Source: Cenococcum geophilum (taxonomy: Eukaryota). Taken from it: a DNA stretch of 64,000 bases. The stretch spans positions 22,940,001 through 23,004,000 of the forward strand of contig CP158635.1 of NCBI GenBank assembly GCA_050273025.1. Direction: 5' to 3'. Positions 1 through 12,100 of this stretch are shown one piece after another. The position numbers and the translations under genes are program-made. Every line of letters starts with the position of its first letter. Positions within the stretch are counted from its first letter, which is position 1. The notes beneath the pieces were generated by a model, which ran no database searches, had not been told where the DNA came from, and saw only the letters and a list, made by a program, of their open reading frames with translations.

Positions 1-894
1 AATCTTAAAGAGTTCTCGCCGTTTATAGAATTAATAAAGTGCCATAATATCGATTATAAGGCGCTTTTCCTTTATAGTACTAAGCTTAACTAAGCACTTA
101 TAGAGGGAGTATAAGTCGGTATATATAATTATAGGGATAACGGGAAGTTTAAGTTAATCTATAATTATCTTTAAGGTAGTTCCAATTGTAATTGCTATAT
201 TAACTCCGCTAACTATTCTATATATCTCTAACGCTAGAACGCTTTAAGTAACGCGCTTGCTCTTAGTTAAGCTCCAATAGATAAGATTGCCGTAGATTAT
301 AAAGTTATTCTCTCTAGTAGATTTATTTATAATAATAATCTTATATTCTAGCTAGGAGCTAAAATCTTTATTATTTATAAACGATCTATTAACAAATATA
401 AAGAGCTTAGCGGTGGGAAGATTAATAAGCACGTAGAGTAGTCCCTAGTTAAGATAGTTTATTTACTAAGAGAGACGCTTATTTAGGGCAAGGACGTTAT
501 TCTTAGTTGGTTCTTAGTATTAAGCGGTAACAGAGAGATTAAATAAAGCCTTAGGTTAACAGATAGAAGCGATATAAGCTCTATAAGCGCGTTACTCTAC
601 ATATCCTTATTTTAGAGAATTAACGTTAATAATATTAATGTCGGTATTACCTGGGGGGGTACTGCAATTGCAATATAAGGTAACAGGTTCTTTAATTCAT
701 TTGTGTCTTTCGCAGAGGATTGTAAGGATCGCGGTGCCTAAATAGGGGGCTGATAAGTCACTGTAAGGATAACTAATTAGAGACATAACTACGTAACCTC
801 TACTTGTACAGACACTGGCAACATTTATAAAAAGGAAAGAAGGTAAGAAAGTACAAAGGAGAAGTATATAGGTCAACAGGTGCTTAGGGCAGTA

Positions 895-1025
895 ATCGCG
901 AATATCTCGGGTATTGCGAATATTACGGATATTGCAGACGTTGCGGATATTATTATGGGTATTGCGGATATCGCTACGGATATTGCGAATATTGCAGATA
1001 TCGTGAACATTTGGATATTGCGGTG
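895..1025. repeat. Degenerate 9-bp minisatellite (GATATTGCG) in element A
   Basis: Tandem units visible; they explain the spurious IADI/IANI ORFs. Confidence 0.8.
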
Positions 1026-2964
1026 GAGACAGGTAGGCGCGTATAAGGTGTTACTGAGGTGTCCCATGACAGAGCGTAGTTGAAGTTAGAACCGAAGGTG
1101 TGGCGGCTTTAGAAGGTATAAAAGTCATTACAGACTATAGGGGAAGCAGGTAGAAGGGCTAAGTCCTATCCGTTGTCGTCAAAATAACAGTTAAGGAAGT
1201 TAATATCAACGGTAAGGTCAGAAGGGTTATTGTCGTAGAGGTAGGTAGCGCTCTTACCCTTATCGTTGCTACTCTTATTATCGACATCACCGCGCCTTAC
1301 TATACTAGGTTCCGTACCACTAGGGTCTATACCACTAGGCTCTATGCTACCCGTAAGGCTATAGGCAAAGGCATTGTTGTTTATAGACGTGACTATATTC
1401 TTAGCCGTTTTAATTGGTATTGGTCCGTTTAAGGTTATAAAGTACTTAATACTATAGTTGTTATAAAAGAAGTTACCGCTAGTAGGAACTGCAGTTGGGG
1501 TTAATATATTAAATGCTATAGCCGTTATATCCTTATCGAAGTCGTCATCAATATCGTTATCCGCGAGGTATTAGTAGACACATCTTTTAAATCCTTCTTT
1601 TACTTCGTCACGTTCTTCTTTAGTATACCTAGTTAACTAACAGTCTCCTTTCTTACACACGAAGCACGTCCTAGCATTATTACTGTAACAATTATTTAAT
1701 GAACTTAGTTAAGACGTTGGTTGGTAGTAGCGATAGTTAGTAAAGAATACGTCCGTAGGCTGTTCCGTAGGCTATAAGAACACATTAACAGGTTATCCTA
1801 TAGTACTATTAATCTTCTTATAAGTGATAATTAACGATCGTAGGCTATTTATAAGGCCAGTAAGTATAGTAGGTAGGTTGGAGCAAGCTGCCTGGTAAGC
1901 AGTGACGTCTTAATAAGCGATAATGAGCTTATTGTATAGGAAGTCGTTGTTACGGAGGTTAGCGTTAAGACCATGCTATAAATAATGGAGGTCGTTAAGT
2001 AGTAGCTATAGGCAGTCCCCTATAGACTTGCCTTTATTTTTTATTATTATAGTCTTTAAGGTTATAGCATTCCATTTTGCCAAGATTCTACGCTTATATT
2101 CTGGTCCTTTAAAGTAGTTGCGTATAGCATTATAGATGCTATTAAAGGTGGTATAGGTTACCTTGTTCTTATAGTAGAAGTTAAAAGTAATACCCCGTAG
2201 CATTGTCGGAAAGCCTTTAATCTTTACCTCTTATGGTATATTAACCCTATTATAAAGGTTGTTAAAAATCGTAAGCTTACGGTTAAAGTTATCATCCTCT
2301 CCGCTGTACTTGCTTTCCTCCGTATATATCTTTACTAAAGTTGCTAAGTCTCTACTATAGGTGGTGGCTTTAGCTTCTATAGAAGGAGCTATAACGTTTA
2401 TAGGGGGAGCCGTGACGTTCGTAGGTAAGGGAGGCTCGGCTATAGGGAGGTTATTCGAGACAGCTGGGGTCGGGATAGGTGCTGTTAAGGGAGTTAATAA
2501 ACGTAATTTAAGACGGCGGTTAATAACATACGAATTAAAGCGTCCTTCATTGTCAATATATAGCTTAATTTCTGCATCTGACCATTCCGTAGGGTTGTCT
2601 TCGTGGGCGACATTATACAGTGCTTATAGTACTGACTTACTCTTCTTATTAAAGACCCATACTCCATTACGTCGGAGTAGTTGTTTAAATCCCGTAAGTG
2701 TAGGCCTATTAACGTCTTTAAATATCTATACCTTAAAATTATTAAAGTCCTCTTGGTATAATTCCTATAGGCTTTTATCTTTAAAGTTGTATTTAGTATA
2801 CTTATTAATTTTAAAGTTAATATAATTAGTAATGTCTTCTACAGTAGTCTCGTTAGTTAAGGTAATTCCATTACTCTAATTTAGACATTAGGTTCCTATA
2901 TTAGACATAATTAACTAGCATAGATTATAGTGTAGGTCGTAGTCTTACGTGTTAAGCGGTTAAT

Positions 2965-3346
2965 AGGTATTAGGGGGTACTGGCGCTTAGTAAAGAGGTC
3001 ATACTGGGTATTAATTTTGCGTAGTAGACGCGAACCAAACAAAGCCTTAGTAGGAGTCGGTTCTTAAGTTCCCAGGGCCTTAATAGGAAGGGTTCTCCTT
3101 AGTAAACGCGACGAGATTAACGGGCCTTAGTAGGAGTGATCACGTGGTATCTCTCTTAGGTATTAGGGGTACTGGTACTTAGTGAAGAGATCGTACGGGG
3201 TTAATTTGCGTGATGGACGCGAACCAAATAAAGCCTTGAAGGAGTTGGTTCTTTAAGTTCCCAGGGCCTATATAGGAAGGGTTCTCCTTAGCAAATACAA
3301 CGTGGTCGACGGGCCTTAGTAGGAGCGATCGCGTAGTGCCTCTCTT
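2965..3346. repeat. ~190-bp tandem duplication in the 5' leader of element A
   Basis: 2965-3157 and 3158-3346 align along their length (aggtattagggggtactgg...ctctctt). Confidence 0.85.
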
Positions 3347-6300
3347 CGTAATAACACCTGGCTAATCTGTAATATCAACTAATTAGTATCGGTATCACCT
3401 AGGGGGGTACTGTAATTGCAATATAAGGTAATAGGTTCTTTGATTTATTCATGTCTTTCGTAGAGGATCGTAAGGATCGCGGTGCCTAAATAGGGGGCTG
3501 ATGAGTCACCGTAAGGATGACTAATCAGAGACATGACTACGTAACCTCTACTCGTACAGACAATTAATCTTCTTGCCTTAACCCTTCTGGCATAAAGCAA
3601 TAAAATCCTTATTTAGGGAGAGGATATATCTATTAAAGAGTAATGGTGTTATTAAATTAAGCTTTTCCTTTAGCTTTGCTATAAGATTTACCTTCACTAG
3701 CTCGTTTTCTTTAAGAGCTAAGAATCGGTTATCTCCTAAGATAATTATATCGTTAGTTTATATGCTAATAATTCTAAATAGAGTTCCTGTAGTTATAATA
3801 AGGAAGCATAAATTAAATATAAAAGTAGTTATTAAAAGCTTCTCTTTATGGTGCTTACTATAGGTAGCCCACTAGTGAGTTCCTACCTCTGCAATTCTAT
3901 ATAATAGCTTAAGTATAACCATAATCGTATCTTCGGAGTATTAGTGGCGAATTTACTCTAAAAAAGTATGCTAATATTAAGCGCTAAAGGTGCGTCTCTA
4001 ATTAGGTGTAGGCTTAAGTAATATCTTACAGATAGACTGCCATTTTATTCTTTATTAGGGAGGGAGCTAGTATAACAATAACTTGCTGACTAGCTCGTTG
4101 AATTATAGGAGATTATATAAAAATTACCTCCTTACTATTGTTATTATAGCCTTAGATAATAAGCCTTAATTTCTTAAATAGGGCGTTAGTAGCTTTACCT
4201 TTAATCTTATTAACTATTCTTAATTTAAAGATACAAACTTTATCAAACTTAGTAGGGTTATACTTCTTAAATTTAAAGACCCCTTTTATAATAAGACTAT
4301 TAATCTCCTGCTTATCGGATGCTTAGAAAGGAGCTCCTAGAGTTATAATATAACCTTCCTTTTAGAGCTGTTTTGCAAGTTTAAAGTCAGCCTTCTCCTT
4401 AGCTATTATAAAGGCTATTAATAGCTTAACTTTATTCTCAATGGTGGCAATAAATTACTCTTTAAAATTAATAAGATATTAGCAATTTTGTAATCCCTTT
4501 AGGCGACCTTTACCGCGTCGTGGTTGCGGCGTATCTACTATAATTATATTAGGATTATAGTCGCCTTCTAAAGCACGTTAATTATAGCTCTTCTCTAAGG
4601 CATCTTTTATAGTATCCTATAAAGGCTTAGAACTGTTATCTTTATAGTAAAGCTTAATAACAGTTAAACGGAATTAAGTAGGTCTATAAGGCATTTAAAT
4701 AGTATAAGTTTAACCATTAATTATAATAAGTTAATATAGGCCTAACCATCCTCCCTTTTTACGCTATACGCGTACCTTAGACTAAAGTGGTAGATCGAGC
4801 GTAGTTAAGGTATTTAGGCCATTTCTTATTCCTAGTGCGTTATTAACCTAGCGTATAGCGTAGAGACGTTATACCTCCTTTATTGCCTTACGAATAGCCT
4901 TAGCTCGTTATATAATGGAGGGAGATAGTAAAGAATTGTTAGTTATTTAAGGGTAGGCGCTAAAAACTAGTAATATAGGTATAAGTCCATCTGGGCTAGC
5001 GGAATCGTTAATAGCTTTAACAGCTATTTATAAGGTAAGTTCTTTACTAACATCCTCTAGTTTTAAAGAGATAATTTTATATACGCGGCGTAATAGCGCG
5101 TGATATTGTTCTACTTTTCTAATACTATTATATGCCTTAACAGGGACTTTCTTAACCTTAATTGCCATTGCCTTTGTCTATTATTAAAACTCTATAGATA
5201 AGAAGTTCTTTCCTATATTATAGACGATTTAATTAGGGGGTTTTAGGTAGACATTAATCTAGTATAATTAAAGGGTATCCTATATATTCCTAGCTGATAT
5301 ATCCTTTAAGAATTATGCGGCTTGGAAGGAGGTTAAGAAGTTAATAACTTAGAGTACTGGCTTGCCGCTAAAATATATAACGTCAACGATAATATAGAAG
5401 TTAAAGTTGTAGTTATCTTTAAGGGTAAACTTAAATCGGCTAGGGGACTTTTGGTTTATTTAGCATTAATAATAGTACTTTATAAAATGCTTAATTGCCT
5501 TAACCTTAACTTTATAGCCTACCCGCTAAAAAACCCTAAGTAATTGGTAAACGGATAGGTAGCTAAAACGACGGTGTAGTTAACGTAACTCTAACTTAGT
5601 TAAATGGCTTTAAGTAATACTCTTTTCTAGTTAATAAAGGAGTAACTAGGGGTGACCCTACTTGCGTATAACGGGCACCTAATTATCTCCCTAAATAAGT
5701 ACATTTTTAAGGTTATTAAGCTTAACACCTAATTTATCTATATCTTTAATGCAAAATAGAAATAGGGTGTTCGTAAGAACGACGTAAAAGGTAATATACC
5801 CTAAGGGGGTTTGGACCCTAATTGTGCTAATAGAGATTACAGTACCCTTGCCAAAACGAATCGTATATTAGCCTGCCGTTAAATAGTTAATCTAAACAGA
5901 GCTATTAAGCTACTAAAGGGCTTAAACTTAAGGTTCTTCTGCTGTAGATACTCCTACGGCTCTAGTATCTGGCATAATACTATAAAAGACGTTCGCCAAG
6001 TATCTGTTATTAAAGGAGAACGCGGAACTCTCCCTTGGCTTATTAAAGATATCTAACTTTATAGTAAAATGGAGCGTAGATTGGTTATTAAGAATAGTAA
6101 CGGTTTATATACTATTTACCTCACTATACTTAGTAAAGTATTAGTTGGGTAAGTACTCCTCAATTTCTATATCTATAAGGAGCTATTTAGCCTTATTAAC
6201 CTTACCCTTAAGATCTTTTACGCCTTTATATTAAACTAGGAAGCTTTAAAAGTAGGCTATAGTAACCTTATAATTTCTAATATTTTTTATACTCTAGTAG

Positions 6301-6869
6301 AACTTATTATATACCTCCTTTTATTTATTAAGAGAATGCCTAATTAACTAGTAATTCGGTTTCTTATAAACGTAGCACTTCTTCTAGCAATTACTTTAAA
6401 ATAAACCTCTATAAGGACCTCCACCTTTACCTTATAGTTGTTAATTGTACCCTCTACTGTATTACCTACCCCGGCCACTATATATTTAATTAGTCCAGTT
6501 ATAATTATATTAGTTAGGCGGGTTAATTAAAGTAGGTTAGAGTTAGGTGTTAAATTGCTATACTTTTTAAGAGCGTAAAGCGATGCTAATAGAAGATCTT
6601 AATTAAGTATATACTCCTTTATAAGTATTTATAGGATTAAAAAGAGTAAGGTTATATTCTTTAACACCTTAATATACGCTAATAACTTAATTACGTAGGC
6701 TAAAGTCCTCTTAATATAATTTGGATAAACCACGCTAAATCATCTAAAGTTAATTAAAGAGCTTTTAAAGATAATTAAGCCAAGGGACACCTAGGTTTAT
6801 AGCAATAATCCTTAAAAAGGTAGTCTCTCTCCATTCTAATATATACTACTACTTATTCTCTTTTATTTT

Positions 6870-9074
6870 TGTTGGTCACACAGGGTGACTCACCAATAAC
6901 GACTACTCGAGTAGGGTTACAGTGATGTTGGTTGATAAAGCTTGTTGTTTGGAAATTAGGGGGTGGGTGAGGAACTTAAGGTTCCTCACCACGCTAGTGC
7001 CGCGGCGACACGTGACGACACGTAACGACCGCTTGCCTCATTCCCGACACTGGCAACTCTTCTTTTATGGTTGCCATCTATATACACTTGTAGATTGCTA
7101 ATATATAAAGATACAAAGCTAAGGAGAAGAAGAAGAAGAAAAGGAAGGACGTTAGGGTTTAACGCGAAGACAAGGTGGCCGCTAAGGCGCTAGTAGTAAG
7201 CGAGCCAATAGCGATTTTCCATCCCGGGGATGGAAAATCCTAATTGGTTGGCGGACGTCGGGGTCGGCAGAATATGGCAGAATTTGGTAGGTAGCACGCC
7301 CTAGGAAACTGCGTCGTTGAAATAGGGTTGCGGAGCTAGCGGAGCGTAACTGGATACGGCTAGCTCGAGCAAATGGGAACGACAGTTGACCAATAGGAAT
7401 GCTCTTAAATTGCCTTTGTCATCGCATCTACCGGGTTATCTTGGCCATTAATCCATCGAATCCCAAACAGTTCTTAATGCTCCACGAGGACCTCCACGAG
7501 GACCTCTGCGAGAACCTCCACGAGAACCTCCACGAGAACCTCCACGAGAACCTCCGCGAGGACCTTCACGAGGACCTCCGCGAGGACCTCCACGAGGACC
7601 TCCATAAGGACCTCCACGAGGACCTCCATAAGGACCTCCACGAGGACCTCCATAAGGACCTCCACGAGGATCCCCACGAGGACCTCCACGAGGACCTCTA
7701 TGAGGATCTCCACGAGAACCTCCACAAGTGCTTCGTGGCCGACATTGATCGTACCCTCTGCCGTATTCTAATTCCTTGCAAAACTTCTTCTCCTGGTCCG
7801 AATAGAGCTTCGTAAGCTCTATAAGCGAGGGCTGTGGTAGGAACGTAGAGCTTAATGGAACAGGGCATAGTACCTGATCTTGCTGTAGCGGAGTTTGGAG
7901 GTTATTGGATCGCGAAGCAAGGGGATCTTGCGCTTGCTCTTGAGGGGCAGTAGTCGAAGTTGCGAGTTGAATTAGCAGATACTGGGGAACTAAAGATGGA
8001 GGTAGAAGCGATGGATATGGAGCTGAAGATAGAGGCGGAAGCGTCTCTAGTGGTGTATTGCTTAGATTCCCTCGTAAGTTGAGCTTCTTTTGGTGCTCAA
8101 TCTCTTGTAGATTCCATCGTAAGCTAAGCTTCTTTTAGTGCTCAATCTCTTGTGGAGTCCATTCGTGTTTTTCTTTTGCGTTAATAACATGCTCCTAAAT
8201 GTTATCTCTAATAATGCCTCCATCTATAGGGATAAAGACTCTATTCTCCCGAAGGAAGTTACGGAAGTTTTGTACGATAGTCTTCTTCGCGAGAGCCCAT
8301 GTTTCCTTTGTCTATCCTACAAAGTCCTCCTTTATGCAATACCATAGCATAGTGTCGTTGTATTCGCTGTCTTTGTAGTGTTCTATGCGGTATACTAAGA
8401 ATCTATTTAGGTCCTGTTGCTTGGCGGTTACAAAGTTGGTTATGGCTCTATCCCATGTCTCCGGGTTAATGTCTTTCTCGTACTTCTTCGGATAGGTTAA
8501 CGCCATGGTAGTTAGAATCGACGAGGTGTCGTACGTTGAAGGTAGGCAGGATTTTTAGTTTTGTAGGATCTTGTAGGTTTGCTGTCCAAAGGTAGGTAAT
8601 TCGAGATGTTGTTTAACGCGTTTTGGACGTTAACTTGGGACCCTAGGTTTAGTGACACTTCTGACCTAAAGTACTCAACCAAATCTTTGTAAACGCGGTT
8701 GTTCTGCGTGATAGACGTAACTTGGTATCTCCTAGTACTTAGTGATACTTCTGTGACTAGTTTTCCGCAAGTCTAAGGTAGCATAGTATCGCCGGGATCC
8801 ATTCCATATGAGCGCATATGGCACCCCTGCATGAGACTGTCTCTTCTGTTCGAAAACCTAGCTGCTCTGTGGTTGACTGTGTATTCAACCACTGATCAGT
8901 GTTGGTCACATAGGGTGACTCACCAATACTACTCGAGTAGACACAGTGAATGTTGGTTGATAAAGCTTGTTGTTTGGAAATTAGGGGGTGGGTGAGGAAC
9001 TTAAGGTTCCTCACCACGCTAGTGCCGCGGCGACACGTGACGACACGTAACGACCGCTTGCCTCATTCCCGACA
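6870..9074 (-). mobile_element. Non-autonomous LTR element B (2.2 kb, 5' gag fragment only), related to the host copia and inserted in its gag
   Basis: LTRs at 6870-7049 and 8900-9074 (TG...CA), TSD ATTTT, PPT-like AAAAGAAGAG next to the 3' LTR on the minus strand. Gag N-terminus starts at ATG 8506 (MALTYPKKYEKDINPETWD). Region 7800-8899 aligns with 14880-15999. Confidence 0.9.
7480..7728. repeat. 12-bp minisatellite (CTCCACGAGGAC), about 20 copies
   Basis: Directly visible; produces the HEDL/VEVL pseudo-ORFs. Confidence 0.95.
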
Positions 9075-9110
9075 ATTTTAAAGTAGTATCTTAACTTATA
9101 TATTATACGG

Positions 9111-12100
9111 GAAGGCTATACTATATATTCTAATAATTTACTAAAAAGGAGCTCTTGCTGCACCCGGCCCAAAAAGACCAAAACCAACTAAAAGAACCCT
9201 GAAAAACACCCAGAGAATCCCCCTAAGATGCATGCATCGCAGGGGAGGCACACATCAAACGACGGTGGCTCGCACTCGCGCGTAACCACTAGAACTACAC
9301 CTAGCAATGGCCCTCTATAATAAAGATAGGTAAATACTACACCATAAAGCGGAAATACCTCTATTAAGAAGGCATCTAACAAAATATAAAGCCTATTAGA
9401 CGCGTCTAGTATCTAAAATTGTAGGGGAGTAACTGTTAGCTATAACGAACTAATATAGCTAGCAGAATGGCTTTACTAGTCTAGTAAACCTTAGGCGCCC
9501 CTCTAGTAAACCCTTAATTAAATCCTCTAACGGCTAAATAAAATTAAAAATAAGTATAATCCCTCCTTACTAGCGAACCGCACCTAGGCCGCTGTAGCTA
9601 TACTTTTATAGTATAGGGAACCCACCCCCCTTAAGTTAATAACTGGGTATATAATTATAATATAACTAAATATAGAATAAGTAGAGGGGCTTAGGGGATA
9701 ATTAGAAATAGAAGTCCTTATAAAGATATATAAAGAGGTTTATAACGCTGTTATAGTCCAATACCTTAAGAGTGGAGATATTAGAGTCACCCTAAAGGAC
9801 TAATAGGTAAAGGAATAAGCTATAAGGGTAGGGAATAGGCTAGGAGAATATATTGGTATAAAAGTACTCTATAAGGATTACCTAGTTAAAGTCCTAGCGG
9901 TTCCTATAAGCCTTAGGGTAAAAAAGGGACACTAGGTAGACAATACAGCAATTATATAGGAGATAGTAAGATAAACGGAACGCCTTATATTAAGACTTAA
10001 AATCACCTAAATCTAATAGCTTTAATAGGAAAATATAAACTAAGTATATAATAAGAATAATAAGAGGATATAAGGGTTACTAAAGACTTACTAGGGAGAC
10101 ACTGGACAAACACATAGCTCCCTTATTATTAGCATATATACACCAGGAATATAAAAACTCCTTATTTAAAAAGGAATAATTATAAATGGCCTTATATATA
10201 ACATAAGGCTCTATAACTATAGACTATACCTAGAACAATACTATTGCTATATATAATAGGGACACACCTAATCTATATACGCAGTATAGGTGTGCTACAG
10301 CCACTATATAGGCCCCTATAATACGAGACATTGCTTAAATTAAGACTAAACAAAATGCGCGAACTGCCACTAAAGCATATATAAGGCGTAGGAGAGAGAA
10401 GACTACATTAAATATAGGAGACGGAAGGTAAGGGCTTAATAGCTACGGGAATAACTATACGCTAGGTTATATAAATAGAAATAATAGGTAATAAGCTAGG
10501 GGGATATAGGCGCCTTTCTAGCGTTTCCTACCTTTAATACTAGAGGGCTAGGCTAGCTATCCCAAGCCTTAATAGGCTAGAAGTAACGCCGTGTAATATC
10601 ACTAGACTAATTAGGGATATAAGGGTCACAGGGGACACAAGGGAGAGAACGCCCTATAGGAAGACCCCTATAGACAGCGACAGCAGGCTTAAGACTAGGA
10701 TAATTAAGAATTAGACTTAATGCAGCAAATATAATATTTACAGCCAACCTATAAAGGGCATATAGCCGACTAGTAAGAATAAGGGAAGAACCGGTAATAA
10801 TAATAGATTTAGATATAGAAGCGCTAATAGGAACATAAGATATAGAAATAGAAAGCTCTATATAAAATAAGTAGTAACTAGGGTATAAATATAAGAGATA
10901 GAAGCTCTAAATATCCTAGAGAAAGTGGAAATAAAAGAAGTAAGGAATAAAGGAAAGTTAAAAAACCCTCGCTGGGGGTCCGCTACCTATCTATTATACA
11001 GTATAACTACGGCAACACAAACCACCACCTTATAAGGCCCCTACTAGACAGTCTAGACCTAGAGAAATACTATATCCTTGCTATACAAGAACTATATTAC
11101 AATACTTTTACACAATTAATATACTACCCCTAAGAATTCTAGCTCCTATATAAACCAAAAGCAGCTATATACGTGTGCTTTATAATTAGTAAGGCTATTA
11201 GCCTATTCTTATAGTTATAGCAGGCAGTTAACCTAGATATTATAGTTATAACAATCTAAATATATAGGGGACTAGTACAAATTATTAATATATATAACCC
11301 TAGGGTTAAAGGGGTCCTATAAATAGAGAATATTATATTAGTAATAAGCTTACTAGAAACCGAAGGTATAGAGTTTATCCTACTAGAAGATATAAACCTC
11401 TACCACCTACGGTAGGGGGGTATCCATATTGCTATAAATTAATAGTTAGAGTGCCTACTAAGAGCTATAGATATCTGGGGCCTTAAGCTAGCCACCCCCC
11501 TAGGAGTAATTATATAGTAATAAGGCACCGCTAAAAGTATAATTAACCTTATATTTATAGACGAAGGCCTATACTAGAGACTTAAAAGATGTAACCCTAA
11601 AGAAGAATAGGCACTTACCCTAGACTATATCCCTATCTAAATACAGCTAGACCTAAATACTAAAGCGCAACTAAATAGAAAAAGATACGCAATAAGGAAG
11701 CTTAAGACAGACAGTTTCCTTAATATAGTTAAATAACAACTCTAAAACCTAGAAGAAATCCACCTAATACTAAACAAGTAAGGCTTATTGGCCACCCCTA
11801 AGGAAATTAACTAAAGACTAGAAAGGATCTAGGCAGTAATTAAAAATAGGCTAAAAGAGCACTGCCTAATCTTAAAACCGGGCCCCTACGCGCGATATAT
11901 ATAGTCCATATAATACGTAGTTTTAGTTGCCAGCTAATAACGAGCAAGAAGGAAATATATAAGCAGCCACGACCCTAAAGATAAGAGATAATATAAAGAC
12001 ACAAGAAACTAGCTAAAGAATACCCTAAAAAAAAAGTAAGGAATAACTGGAGACGGTTTATAAACAAGCATACTTCTAACCTAAGCCTCCCCTATAATAA

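Larger units (their letters stand above)
639..3562 (-). mobile_element. Non-autonomous gag-only LTR element A (2.9 kb) inserted in the host copia RT/RNase H region
   Basis: 176-bp LTRs at 639-814 and 3387-3562 (TG...CA; right copy begins TA through RIP), 5-bp TSD ATTAA. Gag-like sequence (YSGEDDNFNRKLTIFN..GFPTMLRGI, FKGPEYKR, knuckle RTCFVCKKGDC at ~1640-1670). No protease, integrase or RT motifs seen. Confidence 0.88.

Noticed and set aside
7399..7815. HEDL-repeat / VEVL-repeat proteins
   Set aside because: By-products of a stop-free 12-bp minisatellite inside an LTR element.
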